In this document: positions 39,590 to 53,791 of the stretch, one piece after another | How the letters are laid out: each line of letters starts with the position of its first letter | Numbering within the stretch: the first letter of the stretch is position 1 | Assembly: GCF_009914755.1 (NCBI RefSeq) | Contig: NC_060941.1 | Source: the human T2T-CHM13v2.0 reference genome, Homo sapiens | Strand: one strand, 5' to 3' | Length of the DNA stretch: 64,000 bases | Made by a program: the position numbers and the translations under genes | Notes under the pieces: model-generated | Database searches by the model: none | Told to the model about the DNA's origin: nothing | What the model saw: only the letters and a program-made list of their open reading frames with translations

Positions 39590-39995
39590 TTGGCCCTTTT
39601 TCTTTTCAATAGATCCAGGGTATACGGGTGCAGGTTTCTTGCATGCATGCACTGCGTAGTGGTGAAGTCTAGGCTTTGGGTGAACCTGCTACCCACATAG
39701 TGGGCATTATACCCCATAGGTAATTTCTCAGCCCTCAGCCCCTCGCACCTTTTGGAGTCTCCGGTGCCTGTTATTCCACCTGTGTGTCCCTGTGGACCCG
39801 TTGTTTAGCTCCCACTCACTTATACATGAGAACATGCAACAGTTGGTTTTCTGTTTCTGAGTTATTCCACTGAGCATAATGGCCTCCTGTTTCACCCATG
39901 TTGATGCAACAGACACGATTTCATTCTTTTTCTGGCTGAGTAGTATTCCATGATGCACAGACGCTGCAGTTTCCTCATCCAGTCCTCTGTTGAGG
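39590..39995 (-). mobile_element. L1 3' end (L1MA/PB-like), antisense
   Basis: gtgcaggtttcttgcatgc...tttagctcccactcacttatacatgagaacatgc; minus ORF contains GILLSQKKNEIVS, typical of the L1 3' end. Confidence 0.85.
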
Positions 39996-39997
39996 GG

Positions 39998-40106
39998 TGA
40001 TCTCGGCTTACTGCAGCCGGAGCTCCGCCTCCTGGGTTAAAGTGATTCTTGTGCCTCAACCTCCAGAGTAGCTGGGATATCAGGTGTGCACCACCACACC
40101 TGGCCA
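39998..40106 (-). mobile_element. Alu fragment, antisense
   Basis: tgatctcggcttactgcag...gtagctgggatatcaggtgtgcaccaccacacctggcc. Confidence 0.85.
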
Positions 40107-40496
40107 AGAGTGATTTTATAGGATGAAGTTTTAGTCCCTTTTCCTAGATGTCACAGATCAGTGTGAGCATTTCATTAGGAGGTCTATTTGCTCTCTCTCC
40201 GTGCATCATTTTTTTTACAAATAGAATGTGGGGTCTGAAAGTACAGGATTGTTATCAGGTGACAGCAGAATGACAAACTAGAGTGATGTTATACATACCA
40301 TGTACATCGGGGACTCCAAAACCGCCCTGCTCATCAGGTGCCCGAGGCACCCTGGCCTGCAGCACCTGGCACTCCAGGGCTGGAACTGGAGAATCTTTTC
40401 TTATGAAGCAGCTCTTCCAGTATGCCTGTCTGAGCACTCTCTTCATATACAAGGCAAATGAAATTTGATAACCTTAGCAATTCTGTTTTAATTTGG

Positions 40497-40757
40497 TCGC
40501 CTCAGCTGGAGTGCAGTAGTATGATCATAGCTCACTGCAACTTCCAACTCCTGGGGTCAGGCCACCCTCCTGACTCAGCCTCCTGAGTAGCTGGAACTGC
40601 ATGCATGTGCCATCATGCCCGGCTCATTTTTGTATTTTTTGTAGAGACGGGGTTTCACCATGTTGGGCAGGCTGGTCTCGACCTCCTGGCCTCAAGCGAT
40701 CCTCCAGCTTCAGCCTTCCAAAGTGTTTGCATTACAGTATTGAGCCTCTATGCCGGC
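40497..40757 (-). mobile_element. Alu (J-like), antisense
   Basis: gctggagtgcagtagtatgatcatagctcactgc...ccttccaaagtg. Confidence 0.9.
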
Positions 40758-42099
40758 CACCATGATTAATCTTTAGTTTGGGCTACCACAGGTGGAAAAT
40801 AAATCTCAGTAACTCATTCAGCTCACCATCATTTACTTCTATAATTTCCATAGATCGTGGGATGGTCCGGAACAGGAGGTTTTTGTTTTGTTGTTTTTAA
40901 GTACAGAAACAACATTGGCTTTTTTTCTAAAAGCCAATCCCATTTTAAAAATAACTTTGCTTTATGTTGGCTTCAGTTTTTAAAAATCGTAAATCAACAA
41001 AAGGTGGCAGGAAGATGATGTAATGTTTGAGAAAAAAAAACAGTACTTAACCTTTCCGCCAATACTCTTTATTGACGATGTTTCTTTGCAAATGAAATAA
41101 TTGTAGCACCAAATCCCATGCTGCCCAAGGACCTCCGACGCCGACTCCCAGGCAGGTGGGCCCCCGAGGCCCCCGCGTGTGTTTCATCAGCACCTGCAGC
41201 TCCTACAGTGGGACACTCGGGACCACATCACGGTGGTGATTGTGAACCAGCGTCCCGCTTGCTTTTGTTGTTTGTAAGGAGCACATTCTAAGGAGACCTT
41301 TATTGCTGGGCTAGTGTCCTGGTAAAACAGTAACAGGAACTGGCCTTGATTAGACCTCTTCGCCCCGTCCTGCCACTTTTTCCATTTGTTCTGCAACTAT
41401 TTACCTTAGAAACAGCCTTGTCCTTATTTACAGTGTTGGAAAAAAACAAAAAGAATCAGAAAACAATCTTTGTAAGCTTTAGATCTGATGATGTCTTTGA
41501 TTTCTGACGATTGCAGCCATGGCGAGACCTGCCTCCTCTCCTCTCCCTGGGTCATCTAGAAACTTGAGCCTCAGGCAGCCTAGTGTTCCCTACACACAGA
41601 GAGTCAGTCCTTAAAACCTTGGGTGGTGGAGACATCTGGTAGCCGAACACTATGATGCTGACTTTACATCCGCTGGACACCTTGGTGCACACAGCTTTGT
41701 GCTAGACGCTTTACGGACTCTGCCTCATTGAACTTTGAGAATAAGCCCAAGTCAAGTACTGTTGTCTCCGTTTTTCTTGATAATGATATTGAAGTTTCCA
41801 GAAGTTAGGAATCTAAGCCAATTATTGGGCAGAGATGGAGGCAGGGTTAACATCAGGTTAGCCGGCCCCAGAGCCAGTGCTTTTCCTCCGACTGGCCCCT
41901 CAAACCTGAGTTCCAGGCAGCAGTGGCATGCGACAGCCCCCGAGTTCAGCATAGGAGAGGGATCCGGTTCCAGTTCACATATCCTGCGAGCAGTCCCACG
42001 TTCCTTTCCCAGCCTCTTAATCAGAGACTCTCAGCATCACCAGCACGGGGAACCTGCCACTCCTGGGTCCATGGTGAACCCAGCGTGGGAGCTGGCTCC

Positions 42100-43110
42100 G
42101 GGCACATAGAAGGGAAGTGAGGCCACATTCCCACTGCTCTTTCTCTGCCCCCAAGGCTGGACATGCTGGGATCCCCTCCATACCCCATCTGCCCCTCCAG
42201 CCTGGCTAGCCACCTCCTCTTGCTGCCACCTGTGACCTTCCCTGTCCCCCTCATCCTCCTGCCAGTGCTCTTCTCCCACCACAGGGAAGCTCCTCCCTCT
42301 CCACGGCTCCCCAGGGCCCATGCTCCTGACTCGGTGGCTCCTCCGTGGAAGTCGTGCTGGCCGACCCCCAGGAGCTTGACCCAGGTGGCCGCCATCTCCT
42401 CTCCCCTCCCCCGATCCTCCACCCTCACTGGCCTCCTCGTCCCTTTCCCCTGCCTCTCTTGAGGGTTTTCAAACTCATCCCAAACCTTCTTTTCTAGAGT
42501 TTGCTTTCCTTCACCCCTTCTTCTCTCAGCCTCTGGCCAGTGCTGCAGTCTCCTCCTCCCCATCTCCGTATTGGCACCCTGGTCAAACCCACCCCCTTCC
42601 ACTCGCCTCCCCGACTTCCAGCCTCTTGCCAGGCCTGTCCCCAAAGCGAGCACACTGGACCAGTCACTGCTGCTTAACGTCGGCTGGTGGCTTCTGGATC
42701 TCAAAACAAACTGACCTCTCTGCATGCCGTCGGCGGGGCCTTTCCCTATCCGGCCCCTCCCCCATCACTGACCTCAGTCATACTGGTAGCCTGTGCATCC
42801 TCAGACACCCGGGCTTTTCCAGCCTCTCCACCTGCAACGCGGTAACCCCCTCACGTCACCTCCAGGACCCGCTGCCCAGCTGTGTCCTGTGCATCTTCTC
42901 CTGGGGGGAGGGAAAACCTCCGAGGCCTGCAGCGAGGCCAGGTCAGGGGCTCCCAGGGTCTGTGTGTTTAGGCATGGTGATGGGGCGGTCATTTGTTTAA
43001 TGTCTGTCTCCCAGGCCACATGAAGGATGGGTGAGGTGGTCCCTACTGTCTGTGGTCACTCTCCTAGCACCCAGCGCAGCACCTGCCCCATAAACACCCC
43101 TTGGATGACT
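42100..43110 (+). mobile_element. Probable L2 remnant
   Basis: Pyrimidine-rich degenerate sequence ending in L2-3'-like cctagcacccagcgcagcacctgcccataaac; recognised by eye. Confidence 0.5.
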
Positions 43111-43226
43111 GGGGCATCGTGGATAGAAATGCTGTAGGTTGGAGGGAGTCGATGCACGTGCCTTCCAGCATAGCCACCATTAAGGAAAAAATCAAAAGAA
43201 GTAATGCCATTAAAAGTGTAAAGCTT

Positions 43227-43581
<355 letters not shown>

Positions 43582-44141
43582 CTAACTTATAAGGAACTCT
43601 GACATGTCAATAAGAAAAAGCCACATTTTGAAGTAGAAAACTAAACGCATGCAGGGCAAGTTTACTGGGGAAATGGCCCATCAACCTGCAAAATGTACTC
43701 CCCTTGAAATCCAAGAAATCCAAATGAAAAGGATGTATTTTCACCTGTCCTTTTGGCTAATAATAGTGTAATATGGGCTAGTATTGTCCCACAAGCTTTA
43801 AATTTATTATTTAATTTAATGAAACCCTTGTGGGCAGGTGTTGTGTTATATGTGTTTTATGAATTAATAAATCAAGGCTCAGCGACGTTAACTTGCCCAG
43901 AGTCACACCGCAGTGAGCGCTGCTGGGTGACCAGCTCAGGCAGCAGGAAGCTGGTGCCCACGTGCGTGCCGTCGAGAGTGTGAGTGGGTTCAGCCGCAGG
44001 GTCATTTGGTAACTTAAGTATATATGCTCCGACCTTACCTTTTTAATACTCACATTTATCTTAGTGGAAAAGAATCATGTACGTGTGCCGATGTACCCAT
44101 TAGGATATTGATCACAATCTTCTTTATCAGAGCAGCATTTT

Positions 44142-44441
44142 GGCCAGGCATGATGGCCCACGCCTGTAATCCCTACACTTCGGGAGGCTGAAGCGGGAGG
44201 GTTGCTTGAGCCAGAAGTTCAAGACCTGCATGGGCAATGTAGTGAGACCCCCATCTCTATAAAAAATACAAAAATTAACCAGGCATGGTGGTACATACCT
44301 GCGGTCCTAGCTACTCAGGGTTTGAGGTGGGAGGATCACTTGAGTCCAGGAGGTTGAGGCTGCAGTGAGCCATGATCTGGCATCTATACTCTAGCTTGGG
44401 CAACAGAGCAAGACCCTATCTCAAAAATAAATAAATAAAAA
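44142..44441 (+). mobile_element. Full-length Alu (J-like)
   Basis: ggccaggcatgatggcccacgcctgtaatcc...ctcaaaaataaataaataaaa. Confidence 0.94.
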
Positions 44442-44993
44442 TGGTAAAAGTAGGAACATTTTGATGATAATTTAAATATCTATCACTGGGGAAGTTGTTT
44501 AAAAGAATTGTGTACATTTGCATAACGGAAGTACTGTGCCGCCTTTGGGAATAATATGGTCAGTACATACCTACTGATATGAACAATGTTCACAGTGCAT
44601 TGTTTAGTTTAAAAAGGAGCTGAGAAATAGAATCACATATTATCTAGTTCAAGATCAGTAAGAGAAGTGTGGACATAAAGAACAATGTCTGAGTTCATAT
44701 ACCTAAATGTCACCAGTGGGTTAGCTTTTTAAATGCAATTAAAGCATGTTTGTTCTAGTATTTTCTACATTGAGCATCTTTTATCTGTGTAATAAAGGCA
44801 TAAAGCGTGTTTTCTTCACCTGTCTAAAAGCATGAACTTGTAAGGAAAGGAGCACCAGCTCTAGGTAACTGAAGCAGCAGACAGATCTGAACTGTGGTCA
44901 GACCGCTCCAAAGCTGGCAGCTCATGCAGCAGCGTTTCGGGGTTGCACACCAGTATGGTTTGCAGTGATACCATTTTCTTCTTGTTCTTCCAG

Positions 44994-45077
44994 GTGCTGT
45001 TAAGCCAAGTGCACCGGCTGAGAGCATTGGACTTGCTTGGAAGATTTTTGGACCTGGGTCCCTGGGCAGTGAGCCTG
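44994..45077 (+). CDS. RPTOR: RPTOR coding exon (exon 12), 84 nt: [28 protein letters not shown]
   Basis: Acceptor ttttcttcttgttcttccag, donor CTG|gtgcgt; phase 0-0. Confidence 0.97.
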
Positions 45078-46860
45078 GTGCGTGCCTTCCGCATTAACCT
45101 GGGGGCTGAGGGAGGTGGGACAGAGATTAGGCTCCGTGTTTCAGTCTGTGCACGTATTTCATGATCCAGAGCCACCCCCAGCCGTGAGACCCAGGGCGAG
45201 TGTGTCCACCGTGTTGGTGTCCTGTCACTCCTGAGGCCCTCAAGGAGCCCACTCTGTACCCGTGCAGCCTGCAGTGCTGCCTGGCGTTTGGGGGTCTGGG
45301 GTTGTCGCCCCTCTTTATGTCTGATGTTAGACATAGGAGTGAGTGTGTTGTCGGCCGGTCACCTTTTCCTGAGCCGCCCCCAGCGCTGCGGAGGAGCAGG
45401 GCGCCCCTGAGCCTGACGCAGCACCCACCTCGTGGTGCTGCTTCCCCCAGGAGGAGTCTGGATCCTCAGCACTGTCTGCTCACCATCATGGCAGGCACAA
45501 TTCGGAAACGCTCTTCTGGTTCCTCATTCTATAGCAGAGTAGTAATGGCCACTAAAAACACCCTGGCAGAGGCAGGATCAAGAAGCGACGTGCGTTTAAC
45601 AAATAACTCACAGGGAAAGTAAAAGGAGGCTGAGAGGGAACCACAGAGTCAAGGAAACTCGAGAGACCTATGGCCAGCTGCCATGTACAGTAAACCTTAC
45701 TTGGTTCTGTTGAAGTTCCAAAAATGAATACTCATAAAACAATTAGAAATTTTACAGGTGCTGGATTTATGTTATTCAAGAATCATTGTTCGTTTTTCTT
45801 GGGTGTGGTAACTGGATCATGTTTTTATAAAAGAGACCTAATTTTTTAGAGATAGACACTGAATATTCACCAATGAAATCACATGACATATGAGCCTTAA
45901 TTTACTGTGCTTGGGAGCGGTGCGGTGGGGCGGTGGGTGCGGAACCGCTGTCACTAGCTGGGTGGTGAGTACCTGGGTTTGGTGTATTTAAGTATTTTCA
46001 TCAGATAATGTTGACAAAGAGTGGTAATTGATAGTCCAGCACTGAAGGACGAGAGAAAACATCCAAAACTTGGAAGAATCATTCAGCACTCACCACTGGG
46101 CCATTTTCACTCCAGGTGCCTGAGGCCACAAATAGCTTGTAACAGAGTCAGGGCCTGAGTCATCGGAGGAAGGCTGGCGTGACTCGGTCACTTGGTGTGT
46201 GCGTGGTGGTGTCGCTTAGTCATCCTGGAAAGGCCTGCGTGGTATTGCGTGCACTCTAAGAAGACAGGAAGCATGTATTCATAACAGTTTAGAAAGAGTT
46301 TCATTTTTAAGGTTAATTTTTTAAAACCAGTTTCTTCCCTTTAAAGAATTAAGCTTCTGCTCATTGGAAATTTGCCTAATACATGAATCGAGGCTGGATA
46401 AACGAGGTATTTTTACAGGTACAGATTTTGCCTCTCAGGTGAGGGCCCAGCCACCCGAACCAGAGAAACTGCTCATACCTTGTTAAATGTGGCCTTTCAC
46501 AGGGAAGGGACCCAGGCCTAGGTCCCACCACCACCTCCTGTCTTGGTTACAGGGGACCTCACTTATTGGAAGGTGATACCTTTAGGATATCTTTGAAATT
46601 CCAGCAGCTTTGAGATAAGGACACAGCAGAAACCCCTGGCTGTGGAGTGCAGCAGTACTTTGCCAGGCATCCTCCACACTGCAGTGCCCTCCACGCCCTC
46701 CCTCCCCTGCCTCTGAGGGCAGAGAGTCCCCTGAGAATGACATGGCCAGAACTGGGCGCCAGTGAGCCCCTGGGCAACCCCCGCTCCTCCCTGCCTTTCC
46801 CAGGGCAGGCATCTTTCTCCCAAGGTGTATCTGAAGTGCAAACATGAGTGTTGAGCAAGC

Positions 46861-46951
46861 TGGCCGTGCCGTCACGGAGAGGTGGCCGTGGTGTCACGGA
46901 GAGGTGGCCATGCCGTCACGGAGAGGTGGCCGTGCCGTCACAGGTGGCCGT
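46861..46951. repeat. 22-bp tandem repeat GGTGGCCGTGCCGTCACGGAGA, ~4 copies
   Basis: Read directly. Confidence 0.9.
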
Positions 46952-47319
46952 GGCTCGTACGTGAGCAACACAGTGAAGGTGCCTGATGCTCTGCTGCCAA
47001 GAGCAGACGAGGCCACTGAGGGCAGGCAAGGGCCCCAGGCGCAAGCAGCCTGCGCCTCCACAAGGAAAAGCTGCCACCCGATTCATTCCAGTCTCTTGAC
47101 ACCAGTCAAGGCTGGCAGTATGTGGCAGCTTCTAGGAATAAATCAGAGATGAATAAATCTGGAGGAAGCCCCTCTTTACTTTAAGTGAGGCCCATTCATT
47201 CCTGTTGCGTTTCCCATATGTGCTGAAGATAGCACCGCAGCTGGTCCCGCGTGGCACCCCTGCTGCTGCCCGTTCCCTTGCTGCGGCACAGGTGCGCTGA
47301 CGCCCTCCCTCGCCCCCAG

Positions 47320-47430
47320 GCCTTGTCTGTCGGCATCTTCCCCTACGTGCTGAAGCTGCTCCAGAGCTCGGCCCGAGAGCTGCGGCCACTTCTCGTTTTC
47401 ATCTGGGCCAAGATCCTCGCAGTGGACAGC
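47320..47430 (+). CDS. RPTOR: RPTOR coding exon (exon 13), 111 nt: [37 protein letters not shown]
   Basis: Branch-point-like gctgAc at 47296-47301, acceptor cgcccccag, donor AGC|gtgagt; phase 0-0. Confidence 0.97.
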
Positions 47431-47632
47431 GTGAGTATCCCCGCCCTCCTCCCCAGAGTGATGTGAACCTGCCGGCCCTTCTGGGGATGCCGAGCCCTGC
47501 GTTTCCAGCCTGCCCTTTCTCCAGCCTCGCTCCCTCTCCAGGCACCGCCGTTCCCTTCCTCTCTTCTGGGGTAAAGTGGGACGCGCCCGCCTCGGCAGCC
47601 ACCTCTGGGTCGTGGGGGCTGTCACCTACCTG

Positions 47633-47725
47633 TCCTGTCCCTGGCCTTCCCCTGGTACCCTGCGCTCAGTCCCCCCACACCGTCCTGTCCCTGGCCTTCC
47701 CCTGGTGCCCTGCACTCAGTCCCCC
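47633..47725. repeat. ~50-bp tandem duplication
   Basis: ctgtccctggccttcccctggt(a/g)ccctgc(g/a)ctcagtcccc occurs twice. Confidence 0.85.
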
Positions 47726-50700
47726 TGCCTGTGTCTGACCCCCGTAAGGCTGTCCCCGTGCTCCTGACCCTGACTGGAAGCAACCCCGCCATGGCATAAA
47801 CTTGGCCTCTGCCTCGCCCAGACCCCGCATTGGCTCTCCTGTGCCCACCATTGCATTTCTCCCCCTCCTCAACCCTGCACAGGTGGTCTGGGCCAGGCCC
47901 CGAGGTGTTAGGGGCCACCCCCTTACACGGGGCTGTCCAGCTCTGTCCTCTCTGACGGGCATCAGCCCTGGCCCTGCAGCCATGTGTTCGCCCCTCAATC
48001 ATCTAGGCCAGGGACCCATATTTAGCTATGTTAAGAGAGACACAAGGTCAGCTGTCCCTGTCCCCAGCGGCTTATGCTTGGGTGCTGGCAGGGGTTGCAG
48101 GTGACACCAGCCCTGTTGTGAGGCAGGGTCACCTCCTGCAGGAGCTACCAGCGAGATGGGTCAGAGGAGTGGGGCTGAGAAGTCGTGTGGGCGAGACCCG
48201 GCCTATGCTGAACTGGAAACGCCAGGAAGGGCCTTGAGGGGGTGGATGTCGGGCGGGGGTCCAAACATGGAGGTGGCAGGGAGGGCTGGGAAGACATTTA
48301 GAGGAGGGCAGGCCACTCCCTGTGGCTGTGTGCGGGGACACGCAGGGAGGCCCCATCCACGCAGACGGTGCACGGTTCCCGGTAGACACAGTTGAACTTC
48401 ATTTAGCAGGCATGGGGATTATTACAGATTTTGGAACAAAGACATCAAAGAATGAAGCTGTGGTTTATAAACATTGCCTGGCCTCGGTGTCAAGTGGATT
48501 GTAGGGAAACACGGGGTGGAGAGCATTTTCCTCCAGGAGGGTGGGCAGAGGAGGTCGGGCTGCAGGGCTGGGAGGGCGGCACCAAGCCTGGGTTGGGAGA
48601 GGCGACTCGGGCTGAAGCCTGTGTGGCCGGCTGGGGCTCGGGGAGCCTTCCAGAGACAACTGGTCAGGAGCCCTGTGCGGCCTAGGAGCAGGGCTGGCCC
48701 GATGCCAAGACTGGGGACCTCGTCTACCCAGTGGTGATGGCAGGCGAGACCCTCGAAGGAAAATGTGGAAGGCTCAGCTGCGGGAGAACTCTCGAAAGCT
48801 CCTCGTGTGACACAGTGGAGAGGAGAGCTGTACAGAGTGGTGCAAAGGGTCTGGGAAGGGCTCATTTATAGAACGTGAAGATTCTAGAACAAAGGGTGTG
48901 TGCTGAGAATGGAGTTGGGGGATATGTTGCCCTCTGCAGGGTTGTTGGGGACAAAGATTTCCCAGAGATGCCTTTGCCTTTAGCTGTCCGTGTGCGGAGG
49001 GGCACACGTGTGTGATACAGAGCTGGGCTCGGAGCCAGGTTGGCAGGGAGCCCCGGGAAGAAGCCAAGTCAGTCTTGCTCTGGGGGTGCCGCCACGGGTG
49101 AGGAGAGCGGGACGGAGGAGCCGGCATCAGGGCAAGGCTGGCTTTGCTCCCTGCTTGGTTTTGAAGCAAACCAGCCCCAGCAACTCATTAGAAGGCCTGT
49201 AGGAGCAGGTCCACGTTCCCCCCGGACTTCGGCCAGCTGCTGTGTGCACGTGTGTGCGGGGGTGGTCATGTATGTGGGCGCTTGTGCGTGCATGTGTGTG
49301 TGGCGCCCTGTCAGGCGGCTTTCATATGCAAAGTCTCTTAATTCCTAAGTCCCCTGTGAAGTTAGCTTGAATTTGCAGCCTATTTACTGGTGAGGCGCCG
49401 CCCACAGGAGGGAGCAGGGGCCACATAGCTGCCATGCGAGGGGCCGGCACCCCACTGGGCCCCTGCGCCGGGTCTGGAGCTCCTTGCCCACACAGGGAAA
49501 TGGAAGGTCTAGCAAAGTCACAGAGCAAGTACAGGAGAGTGCCAAGAACACCTTGGAGAGGCCATGGCTTGGAGCCGGGGAAGACCACCCTTTCCTTTTC
49601 TGTGTGGCAGGTGAGGGGAGAGTGGACGGAGCTTAAGCCCCCGGGGCTCCTGCCTGCTGCCCGGCGCTCCCCAGGCCACATTCTGTCAGCTCCTCCGTCC
49701 AGTCACTGGCACTGAGACCCAGCCTCATCCTTAGCCCTGTCAGCCATGTCGCACTGGCCACCAGGACCTGCTGTGCTCGCTGAAGCTGCCCTGTTGGGCT
49801 TTGTTCAGCCAAATTCACTGACCCTGTTGTCCAGGCACTGGCAGGCACCCCGAGCCACAGGCTCGTACCCCGCACTGTGCGCTCTCACCCGTCAGCCCTG
49901 CACACCCCACACAAAGCCACTGCTGTGTCTCCCACCCACAGCCGCTGCTGATTCAAGTCCAGCCCAGGCCATCAGGTCCCCAACTGTGCTGCCCACGGAC
50001 CCCTGGGCCCCTGCTCAGCCCTTCTGCTCCCTGCACCCAGCCCTGACCATAGCCTCCCCACACCCCAAGTCCTCACGTACTACTTTGGTGTCACAGCTGA
50101 AGTCAGGGGGCAGTGGGGAGGCTGCTGCCGAAGCGGACGGTGAGGGCTTCCACCTTGGAGGCAGGCGTCAGTCGTACCCAGCACCAGTTGACCTCTCGCT
50201 GGTTCCGCTGATTCTTGTAGATTCCCTGGGATTTTCTGCTAGTTCACTGGTTCTTGTAGATTCCCTAGGATTTTATGTATATGCTCTCTCCAAGCAGAAG
50301 CAGCTTCCAGCCCCTCTTCCGGTTCTGGGATCTCTCACTCTTTTTCTGGGCCTGGGGCACTGACCATGGCTCTGCTGGCACGGGTCGGCTACCGTGCTTG
50401 CCATCTCTCCCAGCTGCTCCTGATTTCCTGAGCTGGATGCGGGGAGCTGCTGCTCTTCCTCTCAGCACAGCTGAGGTTGACCTTGACCTCAGTTCAACCT
50501 TGAACCCTCCTGGGCCCAGTGCTCTGCACCTGGCTGTGACCAGAGAACGCTCCATAATGGTGACCTGAATACCATATATTTCAGCAAAATATTTTCCCTG
50601 CTACCCATTAAACTACAGATAAAGAATGACTGCTTTGAAAGATTGGCTAAAGCACTGGATTTAAGGTTAAAACCCTGAGTTTGATCCCATCACCGCATTT

Positions 50701-51959
50701 GCTCTTACAAGTCATTTTCACTTCCCTTGGCCATGATTTGCCTCTGTAAAATCATGAGCCTTCGGCCGTCTGCCTTCAGCCACAGTTCCAGAGCTCAGAA
50801 CCAGGACGTGGAAAACTGCTGTGTAAATTATAGAGGAACAGGAACAGGACCAGGAAGGGGCACCACGTAAATCTCACATCTCTCCTGCCTGTCCCTGTTA
50901 CACTAAAACCTTTTCTTGCTAAACAGAAAGCTTGGCTTTGTGGATCAGGACGCGAGAGGTGTGGGTCATTTCTATTTTACTCTTCTTCAAATTCACTGAA
51001 GAGCCACATTATGTAAACAAAGGGTGTTTGGCAGGAAGTCATTTTGAAACGTGGTTTCTGTCCTACACCCATATCTTCGTCATCTACATGGACACACTTA
51101 GAAATATCTTGGCACCTGGCCACGGATGAAGGACCATGTGTAGGGGCTCTGGGATGCACAAAACGGTGACCCTCACATGACACAAAGCCCAGGGTGAAGG
51201 GAGGAAGAGATGCCATCTGCATGCAGAGGTCTGGGATTACGGCCGCCTGAGCCTGCTCCCCAGCACCGCCAGTGCTGCAGGAACGTGTCTAAGCCAACTT
51301 TGATTCTCAGACTTCGTGTTTTTAGTACCTTTTAGGACCTGGAAATTGATGATGTCTTTATTTTTAGTCTCAGGGGTGGCTCTTGGTGAAAGGGGACAGC
51401 CTTCCTCGTACCTTCCTCGTGACATTCTCACTGCATCCACAGCCCATCATGGTATTGCAGTGCAGGGCGTCTTGTTTAAAACTGGCTCTTGGTCCCGTGG
51501 ATCTCCCAGGGCCTGTTGCTCTCGAGTGCCCCAAATGGCAGAACGTGGCCATGAGCACGGAGGCTGCAGCGTGCCTTCGTTTTACACCCTGCTCCAGGCA
51601 GATACCAGGGCCTCGGGTTTATTATTCATGCTGCTGAAGGGGTCATCTGCTCAGTACTGCTTGGGGAGCTGTTCCCACAGCCAGCTGGGCATGCCCTTGC
51701 CTGCAGTGTTCTTGTAACTGCCTGCAGGCATCACAGGCCTTCCTGTGAATTAATTTCTTAACCAGCTTGTTGCACCTGCATGTTTAAAAGCAATCATTCC
51801 ACTGAGGGGCATTTTGAAGTGTTTCCGGTAGAAACTGAGCCTCGTCTACCTCACCTGCCTCGCCCTTCCTTCCATCGTTACCCTGGCGATAACTTCCCAG
51901 AGATGAAAGTTCCCTGTGTTTTTGAGGGGTCATTCCTCTACTCCCTTCCCCTCCCCACG

Positions 51960-52265
51960 TCTGGCCATGGATGTTGCTGGCGGTCCTCCGGATCTCCACC
52001 CCTACCCCCCCATGATGTGTGCACCCCCTACAATGTGTGCATGCCCCTCTGTGTTGGTGATGGTCCTCCGAAGCTCCGCCCACCATGATGTCTGCTCCGC
52101 CCCCTCGTGTTGCTGGTGGTCCTCTGGAGCTCCGCCCACCATGATGTCTGCTCCGCCCCCTCCTCGTGTTGCTGGTGGTCCTCCGGGGCTCCGCCCACCA
52201 TGATGTCTGCTCCGCCCCCTCCTCGTGTTGCTGGTGGTCCTCCGGGGCTCCGCCCCCACATGATG
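51960..52265. repeat. CpG-rich minisatellite, ~58-60-bp unit (CCATGATGTCTGCTCCGCCCCCTCCTCGTGTTGCTGGTGGTCCTCCGGGGCTCCGCCCA), 3 clean and ~2 degenerate copies
   Basis: Read directly. Confidence 0.9.
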
Positions 52266-53162
52266 AGTGCCTCCTGCAGCCCTCAGCCGTCCCTGTGACT
52301 CCTGGGGCTTGCCATTGTGCAGATCGGGGTGCACATGGTGTACAGACGGGTCCACCTGTGAAGATCGCAGAGCCTGCTCAGAGGTTCAGAGGTGCAGACA
52401 GAAGCCAGCCACTCCCCCAGTGTTCTCAGCATCCCCCTGCTGCCGCCAGCCGGCCCTCAGGACACACTTAAGAGTTTGAGAAGGATCGGAGCCCACTCAG
52501 GCTGGGCCCAGCGGAAGGGCGAGCCTGGGACCTCCCCTCATTTCCCAAGCACCTTTGGGGCACACCGTGTGTCCCATTGTGCCAGAAGCTCTGAGGGATT
52601 CATGGGGAGGCCTTAAAGAAGGTGGGCTCGGGCGGAAGAAAAGACGGAAGAACACCATGTGCCACCGGGGAGAAGTGTGTGCCGTTTACATGAGACAGAG
52701 CAGGGCACAGTGGTGACACTGATCTGACACAGATGGTACCGCACAGGACAAGGAGCACCAAGGGGGGCACATGAAGAAAGCCGTCTGTCCAGGATTCTCC
52801 CAGGACTCTGATCCCAGAGGGCCTCCCCCAGCATCACTCCCCATGCCAGGTTACACTCCACTTCACACTACCAGCCAGAAATTACCAGGCAGATAGAATC
52901 AGGAAAATATGACCCGTAATGAAGAAAAGGAAATCAACCCATTAAAACCTGCTCAGAACTGCTGCAGGTGTTATCATTAGCAGGCCAGGACATTAAAAAG
53001 TTAGAAGTCTACTCTACATATTCAAAAAGTTAAATTGAGACACGGAGAATATAAAAAGAACCCAACTTGAATTTCTAGAGATGAAAACTGCAATATGTGA
53101 TGGGAAGAAATATACTTGATGGGATTAACAACCAGTTAAGCATTGCAGGAGAAAACAGTACA

Positions 53163-53466
<304 letters not shown>

Positions 53467-53791
53467 AGCAATAGAAACTAACAAAAATGAAGCATGGTAA
53501 GAAAAGAAAAAAAAATTTAATTAAAAGAATATTATTCCATTGCGGGACAACGGCAAGTGACATAACGTACTATTTGGGGGTCCATAAAGGAGGCTAGCAG
53601 AAAAAGTATTTGAAGAAACAATAGCTAACATTTTTTTGAATTTGATGACAATTATAAACCCACAGATCCACAAAGCTTAGCAAACCCCAAGCACAAGAAA
53701 ACTACACGAAGGCATATCGCAATCAGATTACTTGAAAAACAGTGAGAAATTCAAAAGTCTAAAGGCAGCCAGTAAAAAGCCAGTAAGGAGC

